Origin: Pyrodictium delaneyi
Lineage (GTDB): Archaea; Thermoproteota; Thermoprotei_A; Sulfolobales; Pyrodictiaceae
NCBI RefSeq assembly: GCF_001412615.1
Contig: NZ_CP013011.1
Coordinates: forward strand, 360,001-392,000
Direction of reading: 5' to 3'
DNA length: 32,000 bases
In this document: positions 17,240 through 26,301 of the stretch, in pieces
Numbering within the stretch: position 1 is the stretch's first letter
Layout: each line of letters begins with the position of its first letter
Translations under genes and position numbers: made by a program
The notes under the pieces: model-generated
What the model saw: the letters and a program-made list of their open reading frames with translations, nothing else
What the model was told of the DNA's origin: nothing
The model's database searches: none

Positions 17240-18627
17240 TCCTCTGCCACCTCCTCGGCTGCTTTTACGAGGCTCTCCCGAGCCCCCTCAAGGTGTTCCC
17301 TAATCGCGTCGAGGAGCCCCTGGTCGCGGGCTAGCCTCTCCCGCGCTTCGTCCACGGCTAGCCCCGCATGGCAACCGGTACGCCTCATCGAGGCCAGCTC
17401 AAGGGGGCTAGCCACGCCGAGCCCCTGGAGCAGCTTCTCCGCCTCCCCGGCTCGGAGCGCCGAGGCAGCCTCACGGTAAGTCTCGCGGAGAGGTCTACCA
17501 CTGCGTAGCGCGAGTAGCTCCGCAAGCTCGGCGCCCCACGCAGTGTAGCTCTCCGCTAGCTCACGGAGCTTCTCCACGTCGAACTCTAGGCCGGAGAAGA
17601 GATCCACGAGGATGCGGCTAGACTCCACCGCGTCGCGTAGGAGTGTGTAGAGAAGTGGGTTAGCCTCCTGTAGGTCTAGGTTATAGCCGTAGGGGAGCCC
17701 CTTCTGGATCGCCAGAAGCCCTGCTGCGAGGCCGGCTGCACGAGCAGCTCGAGCACGGAGCACCTCTAGGGTGACTGGGTTCCTCTTATGCGGCATAATA
17801 CTACTGGTCGCCACGTGGCTGTCGGGGATGCGGGCAGCCGCTACATAGGGGCTCGAGAGCATTATCAGGTCTCCTGCTATACGTGAGGCCTCGGTTAGTA
17901 GTGCTGCTGCAGCCAGGGCTGCCGCTGTAACGTCTAGCCTGCTACCCGCAGCGTAGAGGCTGCTCCCGAGGACACCGCTAAACCCGGCTAGCTGGGCGAG
18001 CTCCTCCGGGTCTATTGGGGCTAGTGTGCCAGCTCCCGCGCTTGCCCCGAGTGGGCTCCGGTTGACGAACTCTAAGGTGTTGTAGAGCAGTTTGTATGCA
18101 GATGCAAGAGCCTCCTCCCAGGCTAGGAGAAGGCAATCGAGCGATGCCAGTTGGCTCGGCTGCTGGTGAGTGTGAAAGAGGATAGGAACGCCGTGGTACT
18201 TCTCTGCTAGCTCAATTAAGCGTAGACGGGCACGGAGGAGCCAAGCTAGTGTCTCCGTTATCCGGTCTATCGCATATAGGCGGAGGGCAGCCGAGACGTG
18301 GTCGTTACGGCTCCTACCCACCCATATGTAGGCCGAGGCTCCTCCGGTCCTGGAGGCTAGCCAGTCCTCGAGCGCCTCGAATACATCCTCGTATCCCGGC
18401 TTCATTATCTCGCTGGGCTCCTTGCCGAGAGCCTCTAGGAGGGCGCGTAGTGTAGAGCACGCAGCTTCACGTGGAATAATGCCTCGACGGGCAAGGTGAA
18501 GTGTATGTGCCAGGAGGATACGCACCACGTAGGGGTAAATCTCGTCGTCGTGGCTTAGGCTAGAGGTGTACTCGTAGACGAGTGCCGCGTCTCCGCTGAG
18601 GCCGACAGCCTCCCGGTACCTCGGCAA
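17230..18627 (-). CDS. argH: Argininosuccinate lyase
   Basis: 465 aa of the fumarase/aspartase superfamily: 'GRSRNDHVSAALRLY', 'HTHQQPSQ', signature 'SSIMPHKRNPVTLE'. Lies between argG and carA. Confidence 0.92.
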   Translation of the reverse strand: MPRYREAVGLSGDAALVYEYTSSLSHDDEIYPYVVRILLAHTLHLARRGIIPREAACSTLRALLEALGKEPSEIMKPGYEDVFEALEDWLASRTGGASAYIWVGRSRNDHVSAALRLYAIDRITETLAWLLRARLRLIELAEKYHGVPILFHTHQQPSQLASLDCLLLAWEEALASAYKLLYNTLEFVNRSPLGASAGAGTLAPIDPEELAQLAGFSGVLGSSLYAAGSRLDVTAAALAAAALLTEASRIAGDLIMLSSPYVAAARIPDSHVATSSIMPHKRNPVTLEVLRARAARAAGLAAGLLAIQKGLPYGYNLDLQEANPLLYTLLRDAVESSRILVDLFSGLEFDVEKLRELAESYTAWGAELAELLALRSGRPLRETYREAASALRAGEAEKLLQGLGVASPLELASMRRTGCHAGLAVDEARERLARDQGLLDAIREHLEGARESLVKAAEEVAEECK

Positions 18628-18704
18628 TAACCCACCATCCTCCGGCGACTAGTACCCCCTTATCAATCCCGCTGGCCTGGAGCGGCTAGGAGCCGGTTTC
18701 CCGT

Positions 18705-19895
18705 CTAGCCTCGGAGGCCGCGGGCCTTGGCCGCTGCGAGGCTGTGAAGGCTCCATATCGTTATGAATCCGCGGGCCTCCTCATCGCTCGGGTACCAGCC
18801 GTGATTGTAGTCTATCGTTTCGCGGCTGTAGCTGCTGTAGGGGCTCCAGCGGCCTACCACTCGGAGGCTGCCCTTGTACACCTTGACCTTGACTACTCCC
18901 GTTACCCAGCGGTTTAGCTCGTCGATAGCCTTCTCTATCGTGGCCCGTAGAGGTTCTATCCAGAGGCCCTGGTAAACTAGGTCGCTCCACTCCTGGTCTA
19001 GGATCCGCTTGAACCTCAGCTCCCTGGGCGTGTAGACTGTCTTCTCGAGGTCCTTGTGGGCTTCTATGAGCGTAAGCGCCGCAGGCGCCTCGTATACTTC
19101 CCTGCTCTTGAGCCCTACGACACGGTTCTCAATGTGATCTATCCTGCCGTAGCCATGTGCGCCAACTAGCTTGTTGAGTAGCGATACTATCTTGACTAGG
19201 TTCATCCTCTCTCCGTTGACGGATACTGGTACGCCCTTCTCGAAGCCTATCTCAAGGTAGAGCGGCTGATCGGGGGCCTTCTCTGGCGCCACCGTCCAGG
19301 CGAACGCATCCTCCGGAGGCTCTGCGAGGGGATCGTCTAGGGGGCCTCCCTCAATACTCCGGCTCCACAAGTTCTCGTCGATGCTGTAGGTCTTGTGGAG
19401 CCCTGGGGGCTGGAACCCGTTCCTCCTCAGTATCTCGGCCGCCTGGGCACGAGTGAGCCCGAGCTCGCGGACCGGCGCGATAATCTTGATGTCATCGCCA
19501 AGATAGTACTTGAGGACTGTGTCGAACCTTACCTGGTCGTTGCCCTTAGAGGTACAACCGTGGGCTACAGCGTCCGCGCCCTCCTTCTTGGCTACCTCTG
19601 CAATCTTCTCAGCTATGAGGGGGCGGGCAAGGGCTGTACCGAGAGGATACTTGTCTTCGTAGAGCCCGTTAGCCTTAATAGCCATTGATATGTATTTCTC
19701 AGCGAACTCCTCTACAGCGTTTATCGTGTAGTGCTTCGAGGCGCCTAGCTTGTAGGCCTTCTCCTCGACACCCTCGAGTTCCTCCTCTTGACCAACCGAG
19801 ACAGTTACTGTGATTACCTCATGGCCCTGCTCACGGAGAAGCGCGAGTATAGCCGACGTGTCAAGACCTCCCGAGTAAGCAAGCACGACCTTCAA
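18705..19895 (-). CDS. argG: Argininosuccinate synthase
   Basis: '[13 protein letters not shown]' ATP-PPase motif and '[14 protein letters not shown]'. The track ORF starts at a GTG at 19922. The in-frame TTG at 19895 yields the canonical '[10 protein letters not shown]' N-terminus, which would make 19896-19922 5' leader or promoter. Confidence 0.92.
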   Translation of the reverse strand: MKVVLAYSGGLDTSAILALLREQGHEVITVTVSVGQEEELEGVEEKAYKLGASKHYTINAVEEFAEKYISMAIKANGLYEDKYPLGTALARPLIAEKIAEVAKKEGADAVAHGCTSKGNDQVRFDTVLKYYLGDDIKIIAPVRELGLTRAQAAEILRRNGFQPPGLHKTYSIDENLWSRSIEGGPLDDPLAEPPEDAFAWTVAPEKAPDQPLYLEIGFEKGVPVSVNGERMNLVKIVSLLNKLVGAHGYGRIDHIENRVVGLKSREVYEAPAALTLIEAHKDLEKTVYTPRELRFKRILDQEWSDLVYQGLWIEPLRATIEKAIDELNRWVTGVVKVKVYKGSLRVVGRWSPYSSYSRETIDYNHGWYPSDEEARGFITIWSLHSLAAAKARGLRG

Positions 19896-19922
19896 TTCGG
19901 CTGCCCCACGCGAGTGGGGCAC

Positions 19923-20009
19923 CGGTACCAGGTGTTAAAACACATGCACCATCTATTGCACATAAGGATATATTTCTCTTGTACCTGTTCCACTCGGTAC
20001 CAGATGTTA
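19923..20009. promoter_or_regulatory. Divergent argG / ACT-regulator control region: two 15-bp direct repeats flanking a TATA element
   Basis: CGGTACCAGGTGTTA (19923-19937) and CGGTACCAGATGTTA (19995-20009) match at 14/15 positions. A shortened GTACCTGTT copy sits at 19981-19989. The TATA-like ATATATTT is at 19968-19975. Confidence 0.4.
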
Positions 20010-20206
20010 CAGGGGGAGGGGTCTAGGCCCTGGCAGCCCAGAGCTTCTCAGAGATAGTACGCAGACTAGTAGACGCAGACCCCTGTGTACAAGAGTGTCT
20101 AGCTCGTGGTATAGCCAACTACTCCGAGCTAGCCCGCCGGATAAAGCCAGTAGCCGAAAAGGAGGCCGGGCGGAGCGCCAGCCTCGAAGCTATCAAAGCC
20201 GCCCTA

Positions 20207-20734
20207 GTGCGCTATGCGTCCCGGCTACGGGAGCGCGGCACACAGACACCCCAGAGAAAACTGCTAGAAGTACTAGCGAAGAGCGCTCTCGAGCTACGAA
20301 CCGGCGTCACGGTGGCCACAGTCAAGCTCCACGCGTTACCCCAGCTGGCTGAGGCCGCTGCAGAGCTGGCTGGGCGGACACGGCTACTATTCCTCATGCA
20401 AAGCATCTCAAGCGTAACCATAACTGTTAGCAGCGAGTACTTCGACTACATAGAGCGGCGTGTGGGTCGCGAAAACTTCATAGAGATATATCCTGATCAA
20501 GCTGTGCTAGTGATAGTCAGCCCTCCAGCTGTGGTAGAGACCAACGGTTTTGTAGCACATATAACCAGCATACTCGCCAGGAACGGCATCAACATAAACC
20601 AGATAGAATCGGTGTACACTGACACCATACTCGTGCTCAGCCTAGACGACGCCCTAAAAGCCTTTCAGCTGCTACGCGAGGCGATAGAGGTCGCTAAGAG
20701 GAGCCTAGAAGAGGCACAGAAGAAGGAGACATAA
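20207..20734 (+). CDS. ACT-domain regulator of amino-acid metabolism (COG2150-like); the true N-terminus probably lies upstream (see finding)
   Basis: C-terminal ACT fold 'AVLVIVSPPAVVETNGFVAHITSILARNGININQIESVYTDTILVLSLDDALKAFQLL'. The GTG at 20207 is the first canonical start. The same frame is open back to 20027 and reads as plausible protein ('SEIVRRLVDADPCVQECLARGIANYSELARRIKPVAEKE'). Confidence 0.75.
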   Translation: MRYASRLRERGTQTPQRKLLEVLAKSALELRTGVTVATVKLHALPQLAEAAAELAGRTRLLFLMQSISSVTITVSSEYFDYIERRVGRENFIEIYPDQAVLVIVSPPAVVETNGFVAHITSILARNGININQIESVYTDTILVLSLDDALKAFQLLREAIEVAKRSLEEAQKKET

Positions 20735-20839
20735 ACATGGCAGTAATGGCTAGGGCCAAAATCCTAGACCCAGAGGCCCCGAGAAGATTTACGCTTCTAG
20801 GAAGTTGAGTAAGAGCTTAGGCTCGATAAGACTACCTTG

Positions 20840-21910
20840 TCAAAATACTTGCTCTATAAGCCTGTAGTAGAGTTCTGCTATCAGTACACCGGTTCCAGCT
20901 GCGCCTCGTAGCGTGTTGTGACCCAGCACCATGTACCTCAGTAGCGGCTCGCCCTCAAAGGGCAGCGTTGCTCTGCCTACGACTACGCTCATGCCGCGGC
21001 CAGTCTTGCGGTCGAGCCTCGGCTGCGGCCGGTTAGGCTCCCGGCGTACTACTACTGGCTTCTCGGGGGCTGTTGGGAGGCGTAGCTCCTGGGGCATACT
21101 CTTCCACGTGTCCCAAGTCTCTAGTACCTCCTCTAGGCTCCCGGGTGTCTTGGAGAGCTTGGCTACGACACTCTCTAGGTGGCCGTCTAGCACGGGTACT
21201 CGGGTCGTGGTCGCTACTACGCGGAAGTCTGCGTGCTTCACCTCGCTGCCCTCGAGCTTGCCGAGTATTTTGCGGCTCTCGCGTACTACCTTCTCCTCCT
21301 CACCCTTTATGAATGGCAGTATGTTGTCCGTGATTGCGTAGCCCGGCACACCGCTGAACCCGGCGCCGCTTATCGCCTGCATACTAGTCATATAGACCTC
21401 CTTTAACCCGTAGCGGTCCAGGAGCGGCTTGAGGCTCAGTGTTAGCACTGCTGTTGTACAGTTAGGCACCTTCATTATGGCGCCGCTCCAGCCTCGACGG
21501 CGGCGCTGCTCCTCTACGAGCCGTATGTGCTCCCAGTTAGCCTCAGGGTTGAGCAGCGGCACGTCTGGCTCCATGCGGAACACGTTAGCGTTAGACACGA
21601 CTATCTTGCCCATCCTGGCTAGCTCTAGTTCTATCTCGCCAGCGACCTCCTTGGGCAACGCCACGAAGACTAGGTCTACGTCGCGGAGCGCGTCGGCCCG
21701 GGTGGGCCTTATCTCGAGCTCTGCAGCCTCCTCGGGGAAGGGCTCGTCTATATACCACTCCACTGTCTCGCCGTAACGTTTGCCGACACGCCTCTCGCTA
21801 GCCGTGACAGCGTATAGCTGGAACCATGGGTGCCTGGAGAGAAGGTAGACGAACCGTTGGCCCACGAGCCCTGTAGCCCCGAGGACTGCAGCCTTTAACC
21901 GGTCTGCCAC
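20840..21910 (-). CDS. asd: Aspartate-semialdehyde dehydrogenase (archaeal type)
   Basis: 'AAVLGATGLVGQRF' NAD(P) motif, active-site 'VPNCTTAVLTLSLKPL', and 'MQAISGAGFSGV'. Overlaps the aspartate kinase 3' end by 16 nt. Confidence 0.9.
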   Translation of the reverse strand: MADRLKAAVLGATGLVGQRFVYLLSRHPWFQLYAVTASERRVGKRYGETVEWYIDEPFPEEAAELEIRPTRADALRDVDLVFVALPKEVAGEIELELARMGKIVVSNANVFRMEPDVPLLNPEANWEHIRLVEEQRRRRGWSGAIMKVPNCTTAVLTLSLKPLLDRYGLKEVYMTSMQAISGAGFSGVPGYAITDNILPFIKGEEEKVVRESRKILGKLEGSEVKHADFRVVATTTRVPVLDGHLESVVAKLSKTPGSLEEVLETWDTWKSMPQELRLPTAPEKPVVVRREPNRPQPRLDRKTGRGMSVVVGRATLPFEGEPLLRYMVLGHNTLRGAAGTGVLIAELYYRLIEQVF

Positions 21911-23274
21911 TGTGAGACCACCTCCTCGTGGAGCTGCTCAGCTATAGCCCAGGCCTCCTCGGGCTCAACAAATGTTACGAGTATCGGGCTCCCGGGGGCC
22001 CATAGTATGCTCTTTACGCCCCCGAGCCCGGCAGCGCGTTCAACTAGCTTGCTGGATATACGGGGCTCGCGGAGGCCGTCGCCGACCACGCTTACAGCTG
22101 AGGCTTCCTCGACCTCGACCCGGGAGACTATGTACCCTAGCTCCTCGGAGAGGGCTGTTGCCAGCTTCTCGGCGTAGCGGCGGCGGACTACTAGGCTTAT
22201 CCTTGTCTCTGTGATAGGCTGCATTATGGCCAGGATGTTTATGCCTAGCTTAGCCGCCACACCGGTGACTTTTGCTGCAGTGCCTATCCTACCGACTAGG
22301 CCACCGCCAGTGACTGTCACCAGGGATATGTCGTCGCTCACGACCACGGCCTTAAGCGGTGGTGGACCGCCACGATTGTCTACTATTGTGGCTTGGTTCG
22401 CGCCAGGCATTGTTATCTTTATACGGGTATCCGTGTCCATTACTGGCTCGAATGTCTTGGGGTGCATCCTCTTAGCTCCGAGGAGGGCTAGCTCCATCGC
22501 CTCGGCAAAGCTGAGCCTCTCTATCACCTTGGCTGTCCTTATTTTCCGTGGGTCAGCTGTCATCACGCCTGGCACGTCGGTGTAGAGAACAACCTCGTCC
22601 GCCTGTAGGAAGCGGCCCAGTAGTGTGGCCGTGTAGTCGCTACCGCCCCGGCCGAGAAGCACTGTGCGGCCCTCACGGGTCCCGGCTACAAAGCCTGTGA
22701 CCACGGGGACCACGTTACGCTCTATGAGGGGGTTTAGCTTCTCACGGACCATCTCCTCGGAGGACGAGTAGTCTACCGTGGCCTCCCAGGGGTCACCCTC
22801 AGCTATAATGCCCGCCTCGCGGCCTCCTAGCCACACGGACTCTATCCCATTGCTCCGGAGTACTGCCGCCATCAGTGCTGCTGAGAGCCTCTCGCCAAAA
22901 GATACTATTGCTGCCCGCGCGTTAGGCGTCGCTTCGCCTATTACCTTGACCGCCCAGACTAGCTTGAACAGCTCGTCGAAGAGCCTACTCAGCTCACCAA
23001 GTACGTTTGTCAGCTCTCTCTCGCTCTCCACCGCGCCGCGGGCCGCTGAGTAGTACCGCTCCATTATCCTCCGGAGCCGGGGCTCCCAGCCACTGGGCCT
23101 CTCAACGATGTCTATCAGTTCGTCTGTCACACCCTTCATAGCCGATACTACGACTACTACTCGGCGGCCCTTCTGCTGAAGCCCCGCGACTTCCTGCGCC
23201 GCCGTTATGTATCCTGACGCGTCACGTAGCAGAGATCCGCCAAACTTCGCCACTACCACCCCATGAGCAGTCAT
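21895..23274 (-). CDS. Aspartate kinase
   Basis: 'VVVAKFGGSLL' kinase motif, 'VVVVSAMKGVTDELI', 'GRGGSDYTATLL', and C-terminal tandem ACT-like region 'ISLVTVTGGGLVGRIGTAAKV ... ISLVV'. Confidence 0.9.
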   Translation of the reverse strand: MTAHGVVVAKFGGSLLRDASGYITAAQEVAGLQQKGRRVVVVVSAMKGVTDELIDIVERPSGWEPRLRRIMERYYSAARGAVESERELTNVLGELSRLFDELFKLVWAVKVIGEATPNARAAIVSFGERLSAALMAAVLRSNGIESVWLGGREAGIIAEGDPWEATVDYSSSEEMVREKLNPLIERNVVPVVTGFVAGTREGRTVLLGRGGSDYTATLLGRFLQADEVVLYTDVPGVMTADPRKIRTAKVIERLSFAEAMELALLGAKRMHPKTFEPVMDTDTRIKITMPGANQATIVDNRGGPPPLKAVVVSDDISLVTVTGGGLVGRIGTAAKVTGVAAKLGINILAIMQPITETRISLVVRRRYAEKLATALSEELGYIVSRVEVEEASAVSVVGDGLREPRISSKLVERAAGLGGVKSILWAPGSPILVTFVEPEEAWAIAEQLHEEVVSQWQTG

Positions 23275-23275
23275 A

Positions 23276-24322
23276 CTATACCACCCCTAGCGAGTATGCC
23301 GCTGCGACTAGATCGCTGAGCAGGGCAGACGCTGTTGCCGAGAGCCCGGCTCCAGGGCCCACGATGGTTATGGGCTCGGCCTCCACGGTTTCTATAAGCG
23401 CAGCGTTGTTTATACCCTCGACCCTATAGAGCGGGTTATCCGGCGTAGCCTCGACCAGCCGAACCACAGCTCTCCCCGCCTCAGGCTCGACCAGCGCTAC
23501 ATACTTGAGTCTCCTTCCCCGAGAGGCAGCCTCAGCAGCCCGGCGAGCGGCATCCTCATCCACTCGGTCGAGCCGCTCGACCTCGAACACCGTCTTCGGT
23601 ACGCCTAGGGTGCACGAGATTATAGCAGCCTTAGCCGCTATGTCGAAGCCCTCGAGGTCGGCGCTCGGATCGGGCTCAGCGTAACCCCGGCTCTGCGCGT
23701 CACGGACAGCCTCCTCGAAGCTCATGCCCCGCTCTACTAGGCCGAGGACGTAGTTAGTCGTGCCGTTTAGTATCCCCTGTACCCGGGCAACTACGCGACC
23801 TGCAAGCCCCCAGCGCAGCACGTCTATCAACGGTGTGCCAGCCATTACTGTGGCCTTGTAGAAGATGCGTTTACCCCACGAGCCCCAAAGGAGCTTCTGA
23901 CAGTTCGTAGCCAGAGGAGCCTTGTCAGCCGCTACCACGGCACCGCCGGAGCCCAGGACGCGCTCGTACCAGGAGAGGGCTTCGCCTGGCGAGTCGTATC
24001 GGCTAGGTGTAACATCAACGAGGACGTCCACGCTATACTTCTCAAGTGCTTCGGCCACACCTAGGCCCGGCTCGCCACCCTCTAGCCCCGAGATACCACC
24101 ACGTGGCGCTGCTAGAGCCTTCTCTACCAGACCCCAGTTCAAGCCTTCGCTGGAGCCAAGAACGCCCCTACTATCAGCTATGAAGACAAATGTTGGCTCG
24201 AAGCCGTAGAGCTTCTGGAGCCGTGAGCGCCGCTCCATGAGCATCTTGACAAACGTCCTGCCAACGTTACCGAACCCTGCTAGCCCGATGCGGAGTACAC
24301 GCGTCACTGCCAGACCCACCAA
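23276..24322 (-). CDS. hom: Homoserine dehydrogenase
   Basis: 'RIGLAGFGNVGRTF' Rossmann motif, 'ILNGTTNYVL', and 'AQSRGYAEPDPSADLEGFDIAAKAAII'. Its stop lies 1 nt before the aspartate kinase start. A shorter start (GTG within 'VTRVLRIG') is possible. Confidence 0.9.
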   Translation of the reverse strand: MVGLAVTRVLRIGLAGFGNVGRTFVKMLMERRSRLQKLYGFEPTFVFIADSRGVLGSSEGLNWGLVEKALAAPRGGISGLEGGEPGLGVAEALEKYSVDVLVDVTPSRYDSPGEALSWYERVLGSGGAVVAADKAPLATNCQKLLWGSWGKRIFYKATVMAGTPLIDVLRWGLAGRVVARVQGILNGTTNYVLGLVERGMSFEEAVRDAQSRGYAEPDPSADLEGFDIAAKAAIISCTLGVPKTVFEVERLDRVDEDAARRAAEAASRGRRLKYVALVEPEAGRAVVRLVEATPDNPLYRVEGINNAALIETVEAEPITIVGPGAGLSATASALLSDLVAAAYSLGVV

Positions 24323-24381
24323 GGTGGGCTTGGAGAAACGGCTCTCCAGGGTTAAGAATCGCCCGGCTCCGTGCCGAGAGC

Positions 24382-25122
24382 TTACTCTAGCTGAGCTTCA
24401 GCCTCAGCGGCTACACGCTCTGCCTCTCCAACATCCTCCGCGTCCCTGTCGACGTGGCGAAGGAGGCCCTTTAGGAGGCCAATAAACCTCATAGGGTCTA
24501 TCGAGACTATGCCCAGGGTTTCAGCAAACTTCCTCACACCTTCATCGTTAGTCACCAACACGCCTTGTGTCTCAAGCGCTAACAGTACTGCATCAAGATC
24601 CTCCACACTGTCTAGTACACCATGGCGGGTAGCCTCACGGTACCGCTCCCGTAGACCCCTTATCAGGGCGCCTAGCTTCTCGCGACGAGCACCACGGTCC
24701 GATACCTCGCTAGGATACATGCCGCCAGCCTCGAAGGCACGGCGAACGTGCTCCTCTGCTACTCGTAGTCCCCTCATCAGCCTATTGCGCATCTCCTCGA
24801 CGTACTCCCTCATAATGGAGGCCGGAATGCTTATCTCGTGCCGCGCCGGCGGCTTTATTGTTATCCATGTGGCTAGCATCTCAAAGCCTTGTAGCGTGAC
24901 ACCATTGGCTAGCAGGAAGCGCCGCGCCTCCTCGTAGACGCTCGGCGGCATGTATATCTCGAGGCCATAATGGAGTCTAGCCCTGGCCAAGAGGTCTGCC
25001 AAGACACGTATAGCCTCGTCTAGGCTACCAGCTCCCAGCACATTTCGCAGCCTTGGATCAGTAACAGCACTGGTATCGAGCACGTAGATCCTTAGCGGTC
25101 GCTGTAGCCTCTTCTCAGCCAT
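24382..25122 (-). CDS. PIN-like 'RNA ligase partner' protein (MJ_0950 / UPF0278 family)
   Basis: 'LRIYVLDTSAVTDPRL' (PIN N-terminal acidic motif), 'EIYMPPSVYEEARRFL', 'GVLVTNDEGVRKFAETLGI'. The track ORF starts at 25194. The ATG at 25122 ('MAEKRLQRPLRIYVLDTS') fits the family length better. Confidence 0.7.
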   Translation of the reverse strand: MAEKRLQRPLRIYVLDTSAVTDPRLRNVLGAGSLDEAIRVLADLLARARLHYGLEIYMPPSVYEEARRFLLANGVTLQGFEMLATWITIKPPARHEISIPASIMREYVEEMRNRLMRGLRVAEEHVRRAFEAGGMYPSEVSDRGARREKLGALIRGLRERYREATRHGVLDSVEDLDAVLLALETQGVLVTNDEGVRKFAETLGIVSIDPMRFIGLLKGLLRHVDRDAEDVGEAERVAAEAEAQLE

Positions 25123-25226
25123 TCTGGTCACCCATAGTTGCCTCTCTACACAGCTGAGCCGAATTGCTGGTGTCCCTATTCCTTGTACAACCACTGCTCT
25201 GCTCGACTCTATGTGATAGCTAAGCT

Positions 25227-25979
25227 TTGAAGCCCGATAACATTTGTCCCGGGGCTAGCTGGCGGGGCGCCGGTGTTATAGCCGCCGAGGCCCTGGCCCC
25301 TGGGCTGGAGGAGGAGCCCTTGCTCGTCTCGAGATTAGCCGCTCTACAGGGGGCTCTCACATTCCTCGCACTCATTTCGATACTCGCTGTAGCTACTGCA
25401 CCCACGAGTATACTCTTAACACGTGCTGTAGAATTCTGGATCGCCGCCTCGGTGCTCTCAGCCATCTCTACATGGCTGCTAGCACGTCACTACGCTGCCG
25501 CCCTTTCCCAGACACTTTCAACTGTCTCCAACTTGTCAGTAAAGCGTCTCGGCCCTCGTGGTGCCACTGAGGCGGAGACTGTCGCCCAGAGCATTGCAGG
25601 GCTAGAGCAGATCGCCAGCCTCTGGCCCTTAGCGGCTGCAGGACTTGGAGTAACCGGACTCGTCACAACAATACTCTCCTACTACATGGCGAGGAGGGGC
25701 TGCCAAGCCCTCATCCAGCTCGCGGAGCAGCTCGGAGTAGAGCCGCCGTGCAAGAGCCTGCCTGGCCTCAGCGTAGCCGCCACCTCAGCTCTCGGCTTAG
25801 CCGGCCTAGGATTGACTATGCTCTTTGTAGCCCCCAGCTACGGTAGGCTCATGAACTGTATAAAGAATGCGGGAGAGGCTCTTGAGGAGCAACTTAGAGG
25901 CCCCGCAGCCTCAGAGCATGCAGGAGAACCCCGTAGTGAGGAGGCCGTCGGCGATGAGACAGTTCATAAAACACATTGA
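25227..25979 (+). CDS. Hypothetical integral membrane protein (~4 TM)
   Basis: 250-codon ORF with a TTG start. TM-like segments: 'ALTFLALISILAVATAPTSILL', 'FWIAASVLSAISTWLLA', 'LWPLAAAGLGVTGLVTTILSYY', 'ATSALGLAGLGLTMLFVA'. No recognised motif, and the start is uncertain. Confidence 0.45.
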   Translation: MKPDNICPGASWRGAGVIAAEALAPGLEEEPLLVSRLAALQGALTFLALISILAVATAPTSILLTRAVEFWIAASVLSAISTWLLARHYAAALSQTLSTVSNLSVKRLGPRGATEAETVAQSIAGLEQIASLWPLAAAGLGVTGLVTTILSYYMARRGCQALIQLAEQLGVEPPCKSLPGLSVAATSALGLAGLGLTMLFVAPSYGRLMNCIKNAGEALEEQLRGPAASEHAGEPRSEEAVGDETVHKTH

Positions 25980-26187
25980 GTGTAGGCTTAAGTTAACACT
26001 ACTTCTAGTCAGCTACATTCTCTATCTGGTTCTCCTCTCCATTCCAGGGCTTGACGAGTACGTGGTCAAAGCTTCCCTTGCACTGCTCTTTGGCGCCCTT
26101 GTCTACATGATTGCAGTCTATATCCACGCTTCCTGTTCGAGGCCCCGTGGTGACTCTTCCTCGCTGACAGAGACGCCTATAGGCTAA
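25954..26187 (+). CDS. Small hypothetical membrane protein (2 TM)
   Basis: The internal ATG at 25954 of track ORF 25867..26187 gives 'MRQFIKHIECRLKLTLLLVSYILYLVLLSIPG...LALLFGALVYMIAVYIHA'. It overlaps the previous ORF by 26 nt. Support is weak. Confidence 0.3.
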   Translation: MRQFIKHIECRLKLTLLLVSYILYLVLLSIPGLDEYVVKASLALLFGALVYMIAVYIHASCSRPRGDSSSLTETPIG

Positions 26188-26301
26188 GTATGAAGCCTTG
26201 CTGGAGTCTATCACTACTGCACGACATCTCTCTAGGACTAAATTTATACCCGTAACGGTTTCTATCTCGAAGCATAGACGAGAATATGGGGGACAGGAAG
26301 G

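Noticed and set aside
20095-20352. ORF 20095..20352 (+), 85 aa, upstream of and overlapping the ACT regulator
   Set aside because: The product is Ser/Arg/Pro-rich with no structure-like pattern. The adjacent frame encodes a much more protein-like sequence that is continuous with the ACT-domain protein.
25220-25465. ORF 25220..25465 (-), antisense to the start of the membrane-protein ORF
   Set aside because: It is completely overlapped by the longer plus-strand ORF, which has clear TM segments. Its product is Ala/Ser-rich with no motif. Neither ORF is strongly supported, and I kept only the longer one, at low confidence.
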